Position numbers and translations under genes: made by a program. A stretch of DNA of 64,000 nucleotides from Antedon mediterranea (taxonomy: Eukaryota > Animalia > Echinodermata), in assembly GCF_964355755.1 (NCBI RefSeq), contig NC_092678.1, positions 16,721,881-16,785,880 on the forward strand. Reading direction: 5' to 3'. Every line of letters begins with the position of its first letter. The stretch's first letter is position 1. Below, one piece after another: positions 52,601-64,000 of this stretch. The notes under the pieces were generated by a model that saw nothing but the letters and a program-made list of their open reading frames with translations, was not told the origin of the DNA and did no database searches.

Positions 52601-55600
52601 TTGTTGGCATTGAAAGGTAGTTGCCATCTGGTCGACCAATTAAACATAATATTATTATCAAGTGAGATCTGCAATTGTTCTTTGGATTCCCCATAATCAT
52701 AAACGTTAGTATCATCAGCGAACATCTTAACTTCTGATACTGCAACTTCAGGCAAGTCATTGATAAAGAGTAAGAATAAAATCGGACCAAGCACACTTCC
52801 TTGCGGAACACCACTTATCACATTCGACCATTTCGCCAGAGTCCCAATTAACATTACTCGTTGTCTTCTACCTTTTAAGAAGTCTTGCATCCAATTATAG
52901 ACGTTACCGGAGATACCATAAGCTTCAACCTTCCTTAACAGTCTCATATGAGGTACACAATCGAAGGCCTTTTGGAAGTCCAAATATGCCACATGAATAT
53001 CACGCCCATCATCTAAAAGCTTAGATCAATGTTCTACTATCTCTAATAGTTGCGTTGTTGTGGATCTACCGGACCTAAAGCCATGTCGATGTTCCGATAA
53101 TAAGTTATTGTTGACAAAATGCTTAATTAAAGAATCTCTAACAATGCTTTCCATAACTTTACAACAAACAGCAGTCAAGCTAACAGGCCGATAATTATTT
53201 ACTTCCACCCTGCTTCCTTTTTTTAAAATAGGTACAATATGAGCTTCTTTCCAATTCCGAGGAACAATACCTTCTTTCAATGAATTAGAAAACATTTTAC
53301 TTAGCGGCTCAGAAATATAAGTTCTGCACTCTCTTAAAATCATAGGGTGAATACCATCAGGTCCTGGACGCTTAGTCACATTTAACTTCTTTAAATATTT
53401 TACAACGATTTGGGGTGATATTTCAACTTCAGAACAAACTGTATCAAAAACTCTTCTTTGAAACTCTGGTACGTTATCAATATCTTCCCTTACAAAAACT
53501 GTAGAGAAAAAAGTATTAAGTATCTCAGTCTTGGACTGATCATCACTGTGTGTCACATTGTTCTCATCTTTCAGGGATGGTAGTCTCACCTTAACCTTGG
53601 TTTTGGAGTTTACATATCGCCAGAATGATTTGGGTTTCTGTTTTATTTCGGAAGCAATCATTTTTTCAAAGTTCCAAATGGCCTTCCTTTTCATGGATGT
53701 TACTTTATTTCTAGCATCTTTAAATTTTGCTTTATTAGATCTGCTTGGACAATGGTTATACCTAAACCATGTTTTTCTTTTAAGCTTTATCATTTTCTTC
53801 ATACCCTTGTTTATCCAAAGAGGCTCTTTGACCTTACTGTTGTCCCCCTTTTTTGCCTTGGGAATGTGCCGTCCACTAGTTTCTGCAATAATTTCACTAA
53901 ACAAATTCCAACACTCTTCTGTTCCACCATTTTCAAATTTCCCCTCCCAATCAGTCTTTTTTAGTTCTTCATTTATTTGAACATAATCACCATAATGATA
54001 ATTTGGTTTTAACAAGATATTGTCTTGCGACTCAATGTAACAATCAAATTTAAATGTTAATACTGCGTGATCGCTTTTACCGAGTCGTGCACTGTAACAA
54101 ATGTCATCGATCATGTCCTCTTCATTTGTAAAAACCAAGTCTAAAAGACTAGGATTCTGTCCATCTCTAAATCTTGTTGCTTGTGTTACATGTTGAAAGT
54201 AAAAATGATCCTGAACCCAGTTCATAAAATTTGTTCCATCATGACTATCAGAGTATCCTGATGCTTGATTAATCCAATCAATGCTACCAAAATTAAAATC
54301 ACCAGTTATTAATAAATGTGAAAAGTTAGTGCAGCATATATTACTCAACTTATCCAAAAATAAAACGTTCTGCTCCTGACTATTACTAGGGCTCCTATAC
54401 GCACAAACTAACAGTAAGGAATCATTGTTTTTCAATGAAAGTTTCACACAAATAATATCTCCAATATCTCCACTGGATGATTCTGTCACATATCCACATA
54501 AATCTTTTTTTAAATAAATGGCAACACCTCTACCGTCAAAATTTGTAGAAAAAAATACTTGATATCCATCCATTTCATTGTATAATTTGCATTTACAGGA
54601 TCAGCGAAAATGTTCTTGGGGTCTTTGTATAATTTTACCCCTGGAGATAAATAGATTAGGTTCACCTGCACTAATTCGCTCCTGCAACTCTACTCTCAGC
54701 TTTCTATTGGATTCTCTTTGTTGGAATGTTAAATCCGGTGAAATATATACATTGTTTTCCCATCCTTCTAATTTCTCTTTTAGTTGCTATTTCCGTACAC
54801 CACACTCTTATCATTCTTGACCTTCTGATATTTTTATTCTGACCAGACACTTCCTTGGGTGTTATCCTTGAAATATGCATTTCGCTTGGTTGAAGTATTA
54901 ATTTATCAAGAATACAATTTATTTTATCCTGGTCACTAGATTTTTCCTCTTGGGAAACACCATCTGGAGCCTCAGGGACTCCTTTAAAGATCAAATTATT
55001 AACTCTCTTATCCCTTTCTCGATGTTCTCGCACCACAATCTGGACCTTCTCCTCAATTAATTTTTCTATTTCAACTTTTCTAACTTCTTCTTTTTTATTA
55101 ATAATATCAACTGCAGAAGCCAAGCTATCCAATTTGAGCATTATTGTTGATAGTGCTTTCCTAACACCAGACAATCCAGTTAATTCCCAAAGATTCTTTG
55201 CTAGGGCTAGGCCTACCCAGGCCCATCTGTGCTTCCACACATCCATCACACATCCAAATTAGATTTTTAGTTCCCTTTTGTAAAACATTGTATTCTCTAG
55301 CGGACATCGACTTTGTACAGCTTAAATGGACCCAAACATTACAGCTTTCACACATTAATGCTTTGTCCCCATCGTTTACCGTGTCTTCACACGTTCTACA
55401 TTTTACCTTAGGCCCACTTTCGCTACTGCTGGGATCGGCCGAAACACCTGCATCAGGCCGAAGAGAAGCCTCGTTGGACCTTTTTTTATTCATATTTAGA
55501 TAGGCCTAGCAGTAGTCCAACTAAAGAAAATGATATATATCTGGTTCAATGGTTCGCGAAGTACTTAGTTTAATGTTTTTATAGGTCGGTTATTACAAAG

Positions 55601-57856
55601 TGTGACAACTTTTATTAAAAAGTGCGACAGGTATTACAAAGTGCGACAACTTTGTTACAAAGTGCGACAGGTATTACAATGTGCGACAATTATTACAAAG
55701 TGCGACGCAACACGCGGTACATTTTGTAGTAAAATTTACAGGGTTAAGATTACGTAATTTCACATCATTTCGAGACATAGAGTCATAATTATAATAGTAT
55801 AGTAAATAATTAACTGTGAAAGAATCTTTCATCTGTGTACCGGTGCAGTTCCTGTTACATTTTCATCGACTCATTTTAAATAAACGAGACTCATATGAAC
55901 TTTCTGTCTCTATACATTTGAAGCACGAATAGATTCCAAGATATATGTATGAATAATGTTATACCTCCTTAGCCCGATTTTCGGAAACGGAGAAAAGAAT
56001 TGCGTCCTAGTTCGTCTTACAAATTGTTTTTGTCTTAAAATGGTTTACTACTGAATGTGCGACCAACCGTAATAAATTAGATTAAAGGTAACTTTTATGG
56101 AATGTTATTTAGTGTTTCATTAGTACCCACATCCATCGATCCATTTGAGAGAAAATCTATAATTATAGTGTTATTATGCATGAGTAACTTCATTTAAAAT
56201 ACAATATAGAAAATCTACCTTTTAAAATGTATAAGTCTCCTGGAGAATTAAGTCGACTATCGTTACTTTCCTTTGATGATATTCCAGTTGTTCTATCAAC
56301 TCGATATATACCTTTCCACTCTGTCCAGTACAGATAGTTTCCATAAATAGCAATTCTATACGGGTCATCCAGCTCATTTATAATCGTTCTTCTGTTAGTT
56401 CCATCAAGGTTAGATTCTTCAATTAGGTCAGTTCCAAAATCACACCAATACATTTTTCCATCTTATAGTGAAAACAATGAGAGAACTATACATAAGTACA
56501 TTTAAATAATGGTAATAATGGTACAGTTGAATACCGACATCATGTATTGCACGGTGACCTCTATTCATTTATATTTGAACAAGGCCATATACATGGCTGC
56601 AGTCGCGTGCTCAAGTTTGTGTTTAAGCGCGCGTACGCATGCGATATATGCGCTACGCACGTAATTGTATTGTCATATATGACAATACAATTTATGAGTA
56701 CCAAATTTTATTTAATTGTGATTCATGCTTGTGGAGATATGATTACAAACGTGATTTCGTAAAATCGTGCGTAGACCGCGTAATTTTTGATTGCGCACTG
56801 TGAAAAACATAACCACATCGAGTCCTGGCCATAAGGAATATACTCCGAAAAATTGACTTAGCTAGATGAAACTGATATCAAGACAAGGCCATATACAAGT
56901 TAGTGTTTACCGACCGACCAACCGACCGACCGACTAACCGACCGTTTGACCAACCGATCGACATAGTGAACTGTAGAGTCGCGTTGCACGCAACTCAAAA
57001 TACAAGAAACCTTTTGTGGTCACTGATTCTGACAATGTAATCACTGGTGAAAACGTTGTTGGTTCTGCACTTGTTGTTACTGGTGCTGATGGGTCAAGTA
57101 TTGATTGAAACGTTGGTAATGCATCTGTCGTATGTAATAAAGCGCGTTTATTATCACCATTATATATCAATTTTTCGTTTCAGTTTTGTTTTTTAGATGT
57201 TCGAAATTCGGTATATAATTTGTGACTCAGCTTACTATGACGGTTGGTCGGTCGGGATCGTTCGGTAAACACTAACTCAATTTTTCGCACGCGACTGCCA
57301 TGTATATGGCCTTGTTATCGATATATTTAATCAGGCCTTTAGTTATCTCTGGTGCTTAAAGTTTTGTTAATTGATCTTAACTTCATAATTGAGGCGCACA
57401 CACAGATACTTGCCAGAAGCTGGATCAACTACTGTCGTTACGGTTTCTGTTGTGGTAGAAATTTCTGTAAAATAACATTTATGATAACAAAATGTGAATA
57501 CAATTATATGCAAACTTCATGCATTTAAAATAAGTTAATCTTGGTTTGGTAGAGTTTTGATACAGATGTATTTACCATTTTAGGTAACTTAAGTGTATCG
57601 ATTTGAATAAATTTACCTAATTCATAATGATCATAAGGATTCCCAATATAATCTGTCTTCAAGCCACCGATCATATCCTTATTTTTATTGCTTATATCAC
57701 ACTTAAATTGTGTTTTGTAATAATCAAAAGATCGACAAACAAACGATGTTTCTTCAATACAGCGTTTAGCACATTCTTCTGGGTTAACATTGTGTAAGTG
57801 GACATTGTTATGACCACTTATTGCAGAGTCTGGATATCTTGTAAATTTGGACAAAT
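38768..57856 (-). CDS. ADGRG-like adhesion GPCR with tandem GAIN/GPS domains (multi-exon; 5' end not seen)
   Basis: Exons in transcription order: 57856-57617, 57464-57414, 57124-57011, 56461-56219, 48430-48323, 46159-46050, 44560-44414, 43908-43372, 43213-43013, 42697-42551, 42065-41544, 41252-41100, 40791-40667, 40346-40084, 39834-39765, 39221-38768. Splice phases are mutually compatible and no in-frame stop was found. Confidence 0.85.
41100..42697 (-). CDS. Membrane-proximal GAIN domain (exons 42697-42551, 42065-41544) and GPS exon (41252-41100)
   Basis: Exons of 147, 522 and 153 nt, all phase 0. FLPPEI..SFIVY..LF..IGSLIISA; CVFWDF..WSNEGC..CFCDHL|TNFAVIM. Confidence 0.92.
43013..44560 (-). 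CDS. Membrane-distal GAIN domain (exons 44560-44414, 43908-43372) and GPS exon (43213-43013)
   Basis: Exons of 147, 537 and 201 nt, all phase 0 with GT-AG. CVFWDF..WSNEGC..CFCNHL|TNFAVISEFQPFKKYNITELEE|gtaagc. Confidence 0.9.
44821..45602 (-). mobile_element. 5'-truncated CR1/L2-group LINE inserted into a minisatellite unit
   Basis: YGIEVWGS..QKMFVRCV..HLFKQL..YQGPKLWNKLP; the flanks rejoin as ggcctATCT/ATCTgagcttgcc. Confidence 0.75.
45653..45890. repeat. 33-bp minisatellite, ~7 copies
   Basis: ggtaatggacttgtaggcctatctgagcttgcc tandem. Confidence 0.9.
46050..48430 (-). CDS. HormR (HRM)-like domain exons of the adhesion GPCR (48430-48323, 46159-46050)
   Basis: GCPHDV..YTFEYT..C / SLAERKCNRN..GIWG....LCGNYTIDELAE; phases 1-1 and 1-0. 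Confidence 0.8.
46195..46598. mobile_element. Possible non-autonomous Crypton-like interspersed element
   Basis: atataacacctaaataa start, ggcttcgcc hairpin and ...cattatttgtatat end resemble such families; no TSD. Pattern recognition only. Confidence 0.3.
46651..47272 (+). repeat. tRNA-containing tandem repeat (229-bp deleted unit + 364-bp unit + terminal redundancy) between (TA)n tracts
   Basis: cagatttcctcatctttatcgtttcaaatt recurs at 46651, 46880 and 47244. Confidence 0.85.
47155..47226 (+). tRNA. tRNA-like gene with anticodon ATC (Asp-type), probably repeat-borne
   Basis: 72-nt cloverleaf: GCCCCAG/TTGAGGC acceptor (one mismatch), D arm, TCTGC-atATCaa-GCAGA, CCGAG-ttcgagt-CTCGG, G discriminator, TTTT downstream. 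Confidence 0.7.
47292..48165 (+). mobile_element. Penelope-like element fragments with pseudo-LTR
   Basis: YQEALKESGY..RNIIWFNPPFSKNVATNIG..FNRNTLKLSYSC, then RKEKENHWELLLKTTQPFGLN (GIY-YIG C-terminus), a hammerhead motif, and TA-repeat flanks. Confidence 0.8.
47995..48035 (+). ncRNA. Minimal type I hammerhead ribozyme of the Penelope pseudo-LTR
   Basis: gca-CTGATGA-a-gggc(tagtgtt)gccc-GAAA-gc-TC-tgc: catalytic boxes, stem II, short stem I and palindromic stem III. Confidence 0.7.
48980..49110 (+). mobile_element. Decayed tRNA-derived SINE head
   Basis: ggttagttcagtcg A-box-like and agttcgagtc B-box-like motifs at tRNA spacing. Confidence 0.35.
49412..49510 (-). pseudogene. EGF-like exon relic of the adhesion GPCR
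   Basis: SANGVCYDPISTHSCECDTDF..GCVL|gtaagt; no upstream AG, first cysteines missing, and it ends in phase 0 while the next exon starts in phase 1. Confidence 0.55.
51403..51783. repeat. 44-bp minisatellite, ~8.7 copies
   Basis: gttaaatgcgcactgtaaccaatagtgctgaatgaagtcaaaga tandem, abutting the CR1 tail. Confidence 0.9.
51781..55560 (-). mobile_element. Near full-length, disrupted CR1-clade LINE (PHD ORF1; APE + RT ORF2)
   Basis: ORF1 CRTC..CESCNVWVHLSC..WMCDGC; ORF2 YRSPS, TGDFN, SDHAV, NYRPVSLT, DFQKAFD, GVPQGSVLGP, FADDT, WNNLP; (tcaagcaagta)n-like tail; APE start deleted. Confidence 0.93.
56219..56461 (-). CDS. LDLR class B (YWTD) exon of the adhesion GPCR
   Basis: GKMYWCDFGTDLIEESNLDGTNRRTI..PYRIAIYGNYLYWTEW; 243 nt, phase 1-1, AG/GT. 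Confidence 0.8.
57011..57464 (-). CDS. Ser/Thr/Pro-rich stalk exons (57464-57414 with GC donor; 57124-57011)
   Basis: ISTTTETVTTVVDPAS|gcaagt and ALPTFQSILDPSAPVTTSAEPTTFSPVITLSESVTTK|gtttct; both phase 1-1. Confidence 0.6.
57617..57856 (-). CDS. PAN/Apple domain exon
   Basis: FTRYPDSAISGHN..EECAKRCIEETSFVCRSFDY..CDIS..YDHYEL|gtaaat; the expected acceptor reads tgtAT instead of tgtAG. Confidence 0.75.
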
Positions 57857-58395
57857 ATACAACAAAAAATGGAAATTTTAATTTTAATTAAATATATACA
57901 TTACAATTTATAATGTATTATTGTTAAAACTGGGCATATGTACATTTAATGTCTCATCATCTATCATACTCCTCTTTAACCTTTTCAATTGAGTTGTCAG
58001 CAAATAAAATAAAATTTAGTAATAAAATTTATAACTATTATGTATATCATTAACAACAAGGCCACATACATGCCTGCAGTCGCATGCTTAAATCTGAGTT
58101 AGTGTTTACCGACCAACAAACCGAACGGCCAACCGACTGACCAACCATCCGACCAACCGACCGACATAGTGAGCTGTAGAGTAGAGTAGAAATACTACAT
58201 GATGCTGCAATTTGCTATAAAGGAGAAGGTGTTAGATGAAAAAGGAAATCTTATAGATTATTTGAAGAGGTGGCAAGAGGAGAAAACCAAGGGCTGAAAA
58301 GAGAAAGCCCTACATGGAGATTCTTGATGATATTATTAAAGAAAGGTTGTAAAACAGAAATCTGGCAAAAATAGTGCATATTAAGGTTTAATGCG

Positions 58396-60668
58396 CAGTG
58401 CGCGTGGAAAAAACTGCCCCCTAATGGCAATTTTTGAAACGCTTAAAATTGCCTAAAGACTAGTCCAGATAGTCATATTTCCACTCTAATAAGATGCTGT
58501 AGGCATTTCCTGTTAAAAGCGAATAAACATGTGTTTTAGGGTAATTTTGGGGTGCTGAATTCAAATCTGCTTTTTACCAGACCCAATTTTTAGATCTTCA
58601 CCCCTAAAATGTAAAAAACAAAATGGCCGCCATTTCAAACTTATTTTGGCTTATAACTAAACTTTTAAGTGACATAGCAAGTAAAAAATAGTGTCTATAC
58701 CTATGTTTGTGATAGGCCTACTGAGGATTCCAAATATACTGTTATTAAAGTTGAAAATATTATATTTCAGCCGACATGTTGAAATCCAAGATGGCCACCA
58801 TTTTAAATGTATTTTGGCTTATAACTTGACTTTTAAGTGACATTAAAAATGGTATCTATACCTATGTTTGTGATACTGAGGATTCCAATTATATTGTAAT
58901 TAAAGTTGTAAACAGCCGCCATGTTGAAATCCAAGATGGCCGCCATATTGAAATTTTGTGTTATCACTTGACTTAAATTATGTAACATAGCAGGTTTAAA
59001 ATGGTTTCTATAACCATACTTGTGATACTGAGGATTCCAAATATATTGTTATTAATATTAGAGTTGTAAATATTCTATTTCAGCCGCCATTTTGAAATCC
59101 AAGATGGCCGCCATTTTAAACGTATTTTTGTCTTATGACTTGACTTTTATGTAACATAGCAGGTATAAAATGGTTTTCTACAACCATGCTTGTGATACTA
59201 TGGATTCCAAATATATTGTTATTATTAAAGGTGGCTGCCATTTGTTTAATAACGTACTCTTAAATCATACATATATCTTCCATGTACACTTAATATGGAA
59301 TTAAATTGTGTCATAATGGTTGAGGCATAAATACAATATATATATATATATATTGATTTTCAATTTCATAAACTGATTAGCCAAAGTATTAGCATTCAGT
59401 CATATAGAAATTAGTACCTAAAAATTATGTAGAAATAAAATAAGGCCACTCATTGCTCCAAACAAAACCTAGCCTTCTGATTGGCTGAAAGTTTGTGAAG
59501 ACTTTTCAAATCACTGTGGTGAAGTTGTGGTAAGTTAAGCAAGTTATTATATATTTTGTATGAAAACTATTAATTTCATATTTAATTATTATACTATAAA
59601 TTAAACTTATATATTTGTGTATATATTAGCACTAATTACAAAGCATATCGCTTAATGTTTATTGCGTAATAATTGTTTAATGGATTAGGCCGGCTATGTG
59701 CATGCTGGTCCTACATAACTAAGGGCGTGGTCCAGGTTTTCACAGGTTCCCCGGGCACATAGAACTACATGCACAGTAGGCCTAGGATATTCCCAAAATA
59801 AGAAATGTTTCCCATTCGAAGTATACACACTCATAGTTTAATAATATACCCTCTCTTGTTTTCTTTGATTTCTGCAAAAAAAAAATCTCTGTAATAATTT
59901 ACTTTTTAATTACTGTAAAAATCTAGGCGTAGATTATGTTGACCGGGCCAGTGAGAGGACGATCGACTGTACAGTACTACCATAAGTCCTCTAGGTGGAT
60001 ACAACTTATTTCTTGTCTACAAAGTGTACAGTAGTATGCTAATAGAACTATTATTAGATTAGGTAGTTGGAGTAGTTTGGAGAGATACATCTATTTATAA
60101 GAGAGTACTTTATATTTATAGATATAATACCAATAGGTATCATGTATTGGGATGCAATTCAACAGTTATGAATAAAACAACAAAAAACTCTGTATGCTTT
60201 TTTCTAGCTGTGAAATATAAAATTGTTAATTGAAAAAGAAAATTGTGGGTGATCATTCCAGTATTTACAGTCTAAATTTGATCTTTATGCAACAATAGGC
60301 ATAAATAATTTTTAAATTAACAGGTATAAAAGCAAATTGAAAGCCCTACGTACTCTGTATGTTAGAGGAAATAAACATAAGAGCAAATAAAGCCTTGACC
60401 ACAGGATGGAATCAGTAGTACACGACTGTAATTATGTGTGGGGCAGGAATGATGGTAGTGCCAGTATAAAGTGTAATTTAGCCTCAAGGCAATATCATGT
60501 AGCTGGATTAGCTTGCAGAAATACAGTAGAGATTTCATGAGACTTGGTGTGTGATGATTCAGTATGATAATTTGTGCTGTGAAAAAAAAAATTGCTGAAT
60601 TATGAAGAAAATATTGTAAAATATAACAAGGAAGTTATACTATAGTATAATTAAGGGGTAACCGTAAA

Positions 60669-60700
<32 letters not shown>

Positions 60701-62905
60701 ATGCAATGGGAATTACTAATAGTACGTAAACAGTACAATATTAAGTTAAATTCATAGGCCGATATTATTTTATTATTATAAGGAAATCTGTTTTTGAATG
60801 AGAAAAAGCCGTCCCCACCCAGATTTGACCCAGCTATCAATAAGGCTATAAACAGAATAGACCATTATTGTAGCCGGAATTTAGCGTAGACCTACTCGAG
60901 GCCTAGTAAGATTAGCTAGAAGAATACAGGTCAACCCGTACCAATTCCAACTCGTACCCACATTTTGGTTTACTCGTACCCAAAATGTTGGCTCACTCGC
61001 ACTCATCAAGGGCTGGCTCGTACTCTTCATGGGCTGACCAGTACCCATGTTTAATGCTATTAAATGTATATTTATATTACATACAGGTTGGTTTGGTTAC
61101 AGGTTAGCCAAAGTTGGTACGATTTGACCAATTATTTGGGTACGGGTTAGTCAAATTGGGTACGAGTTGGCATGGGTACGGGTTGACCAGCACCCAGAAA
61201 ATGATAAGGTTCAACCCGTACCACTGTGCCAACTCGTTCCCATGGTAGAATACTACTTACAGGTTAGTTTAGCCTAGCTGGGCTAACCTACCTCACCTTT
61301 CACATGCCCTCCTGATAAGTAGGCCGAAAATGCGACCGAAATTACTGGAACCCTACCCTACTCGGCCTAGATAGTAGTGATCCGTAGTACCATGGAACTA
61401 GAAACACATTGTCCTCACAGTTGATGAAGCGATATATCCAAAGCTGATGGAGCTTAAGTGGTCTATGCAGAATACAAAGAAAAACTCATACCTCGCCTTG
61501 GTGGACTACATCCATGAATTTCTTTCGAGTAATTGGACAACATATGGAAGATTGTAGGCTGACTGATTTGTGGATCACATATGGCATTATTGGTACCAAT
61601 GCAGCACACCATGTCATGGCAGGCAAAGCTTATGCACGTGCTATTAGGATCCACAAAATAACATTACCGGCTTTGTGGCAGCTTCTACTTCCTCGACTGT
61701 GCATGTATTTAGAAGAGAACGACAAAGTGTTGAATGATCAGATCAATCGACAATCCAAACACTTTGATATCGAAGAGCTACTACAAACGTTATGTTCTGG
61801 AAAATTAATTTGCCAACAAACTGACAAATAACAATCCAATTGCGCAGTTCTGGTGGCAATACATGGATATGGTGGGCATTCTTTTGATGTTCGTTAGAGC
61901 ACAGCGTGATGGTCTATGGGACCTCCATAAGTATGCATTCAGGAGAATGTAACCGTTCTTTTTCAGGTATGACCACACCCATTATGCTAGATGGGGTACC
62001 ATTTACCTGAAAGAAATGGACTGCCTTCCACCTGAGGTACACAGAGAATTCCAGAATGGCAACTTTGTGGTGAAAGAATCTGACCGAAAATGTAATCAGG
62101 TAGATCCTGACCACAGCCAAGAATGGTTAAATGGTACTGGAAAGAAATGTGGCGGTATTGTAGGGATTACAAAAACAACCACACCATTATCCAGATGGGC
62201 TCTATCGTATAACTTAAGAAGCTATATATCAGACCAAACAAGAAAAATGTTGATGATTGAACAGGACCATGACTATGTGCACAATGAGCTTACACCATCA
62301 AGAAAACGGCGAGATAACCTTGATGAGGAAAAGGTCACCTCAGCTTTCAGGGAATTCAAGGTATTTAGTGAGAAATATCATTCTTCAGTACTATAGAATA
62401 TTTCTAAAAAGGATTTGGCATCAGAGAACATTCAACATTCCTTCCTTAATGCAGAGAAACTCGGACAAGAAAAACTGGATGAGTTTGTTGAATATCGTCT
62501 TCTACAGTCACATGATAGTACACAGCTAGTGAATTTCAATGATGTTCTACACAGGAACAAACCACATACTTTCTCATCTATATACACAGTAGACTGCAAA
62601 CACCGAAAAGGCAAAGAGACGACCATCAAGGCGGATAGAAACATACTACAGCGACTAATAACAGCTTTTAAAGCAGGACGGACGGTAAACCTATATGAGA
62701 TTCTAAAGCACGAGTTAATGCCTGTTCCAATCTCACTTGCTGCCATGAATATAAGTCTCCACACAGCAAACAAATCTGTTCTAGCTGATATGTTGACTGT
62801 AAATGTCCCAACCACATCCCAAGTGAAAATTAGTGGAACCTCTTGCCTAATAATTGACGGACAAGCGCTGACAATGGCCATAGGAAAGCCACATGAAAGT
62901 TCAAG
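58396..62905 (+). mobile_element. Large DDE DNA transposon remnant, probably CMC (Chapaev-like)
   Basis: Subterminal ~130-bp repeats with aaatccaagatggccgccatt (58620-59245). Coding remnant 61395-62900: VLTVDEAIY..GGLH..GKAYARAIRIH..RDGLWDLH..DHTHYARW..GNFVVK..DHSQEWLN..GGIVGIT..RWAL..IIDGQAL. Confidence 0.65.
60929..61188. mobile_element. Small fold-back MITE
   Basis: ggtcaacccgtacc / ggtacgggttgacc with inverted ctcgtaccc repeats; no TSD resolved. Confidence 0.6.
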
Positions 62906-64000
62906 TAATATTTATTTCACATAAATTTGTACATATTATAACAATCCATTGTAATGGTGAAATAGGCACTCTGCTAATAAGCAAGCTTTTACATGCAAGG
63001 CCCTTACATAAACAATGAAAAATAAAACAATACAAAAAGACAGAACTACAAAAAGGAGCTATTAATTTTAAACAACAATAGACTTGATAAAGATTTTACG
63101 TTTACCCACGTAATAATGCAGTCAGTGAGCAATATTATTACAAATTTAACAATTGTTTGAGCACCGAACCATTTCATTTTTATAACCAATCATGTACTTC
63201 TTATTTAATTTATATTTGAATGAGTAAATAATTGTACAGTCCTTTATCTCATCCGATAATCTATTCCACACCATTGAACCCCTGTAAGAAAAACATTTTT
63301 GTCCAACGTTTGTTCGTTTGCGCTCAATAACAAGTTTGTCTTCGTTTCTTGTATAATAGCTATGATAGGATTCAAAGGTATAAAACAAATCATCGAATGA
63401 GGATTGTAACAAACCCTTATTATATTGAAACATGAGGGTTGAGATATTATTTTCGTATCAATCAAAAATATTTAGTGTTTCGGTGGCAATAAATAGAGGT
63501 TTTGAGGGATGTAAGAAGTGAACGTTACAAATAATACGAAGTGCCCTTTTTTGAAGAATGAAAAGTCTATTTAGATTAGTAATATTACCGGTGCTCTAGA
63601 TTGAAAGGCCATAAGTAAGGGTAGGTAAGATTAGTGATTTATAAATTATGAGAAGTACATGGTTAGGTAATATAGTTTTTAAATGATAAATGATTCATAG
63701 CACCAATGATTCTGGGTACTCTAACTGCAATTGCATTTACATGATTTGTAAACTTCAGTTTATCATCTATGTCGTACACCCAAGAACTTCATGTTATCGA
63801 CTCTATCAATAGTATCATGACCGATCATAATTTATATGTCGGACGTGTCTATAGTGACATTCCTTCCAATAAAAATCATGTATTTACTTTTATCTGTATT
63901 TACAATGAGTTTGTTATTTTTTAACCATTCATTTAAACGTTGGAGTTCCATATTCATAATTTGTACCGCATCAGTTATACATTTGTGTTGTAAGAATACA
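62905..64000 (-). mobile_element. CR1/L2-group LINE 3' portion (RT C-terminus), runs off the window
   Basis: WLKNNKL, FLGV, LTYGL, RTNVGQKCFSYRGSMVWNRL; it truncates the transposase remnant. Confidence 0.8.

Larger units (their letters stand above)
50018..55712. mobile_element. Unclassified TGT..ACA TIR element with 6-bp TSD, carrying a CR1 and a minisatellite
   Basis: tgttacgtcgcactttgtaata arrays inverted at the two ends; cgcggt at 50012-50017 and 55713-55718. Confidence 0.8.
56578..58182. mobile_element. Cluster of HINE-like elements (~56578-56620, 56883-57000, 57190-57316, 58055-58182)
   Basis: (GACC/GGTC)n cores, gcacgcgact subTIR and terminal hairpin gccatgtatatggccttgtt; same family as the array-junction element. 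Confidence 0.7.

Overview
AT-rich, intron-containing animal DNA, probably from a marine invertebrate (echinoderm-like; inferred from repeat and gene families only). It holds two convergent GPCR loci embedded in nested transposon debris. (1) Plus strand, 1-24 kb: the 3' end of a GRL101-like LRR-GPCR. One 72-bp LRR exon (682-753) splices in frame to a hinge+7TM terminal exon, and that terminal exon alone has been amplified as a ~5.13-kb tandem unit. Three copies are intact; the fourth is killed by a stop codon and a Mutator-like MITE. Each unit junction lies in the 3' end of a small Helentron-type (HINE) element. (2) 20-38 kb: a CACTA/EnSpm-like element with a nested MITE and Nin/Deu-SINE, a Gypsy remnant interrupted by a BEL/Pao remnant, a Kolobok carrying a KolX/P2X7-ballast remnant, and an IS3EU-like MITE. 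(3) Minus strand, 38.8-57.9 kb: a multi-exon ADGRG-like adhesion GPCR rebuilt by hand with phase-consistent splice sites: PAN - Ser/Thr stalk - partial YWTD - (EGF relic) - HormR - GAIN/GPS - GAIN/GPS - 7TM. The most striking feature is two complete tandem GAIN domains, each with an intact HL|T autoproteolysis site and a TNFAVI Stachel. Its introns carry a tRNA(ATC)-containing repeat, Penelope fragments with a hammerhead ribozyme, and a near full-length CR1 inside a TIR element. Coordinates were counted by hand and no database search was run.
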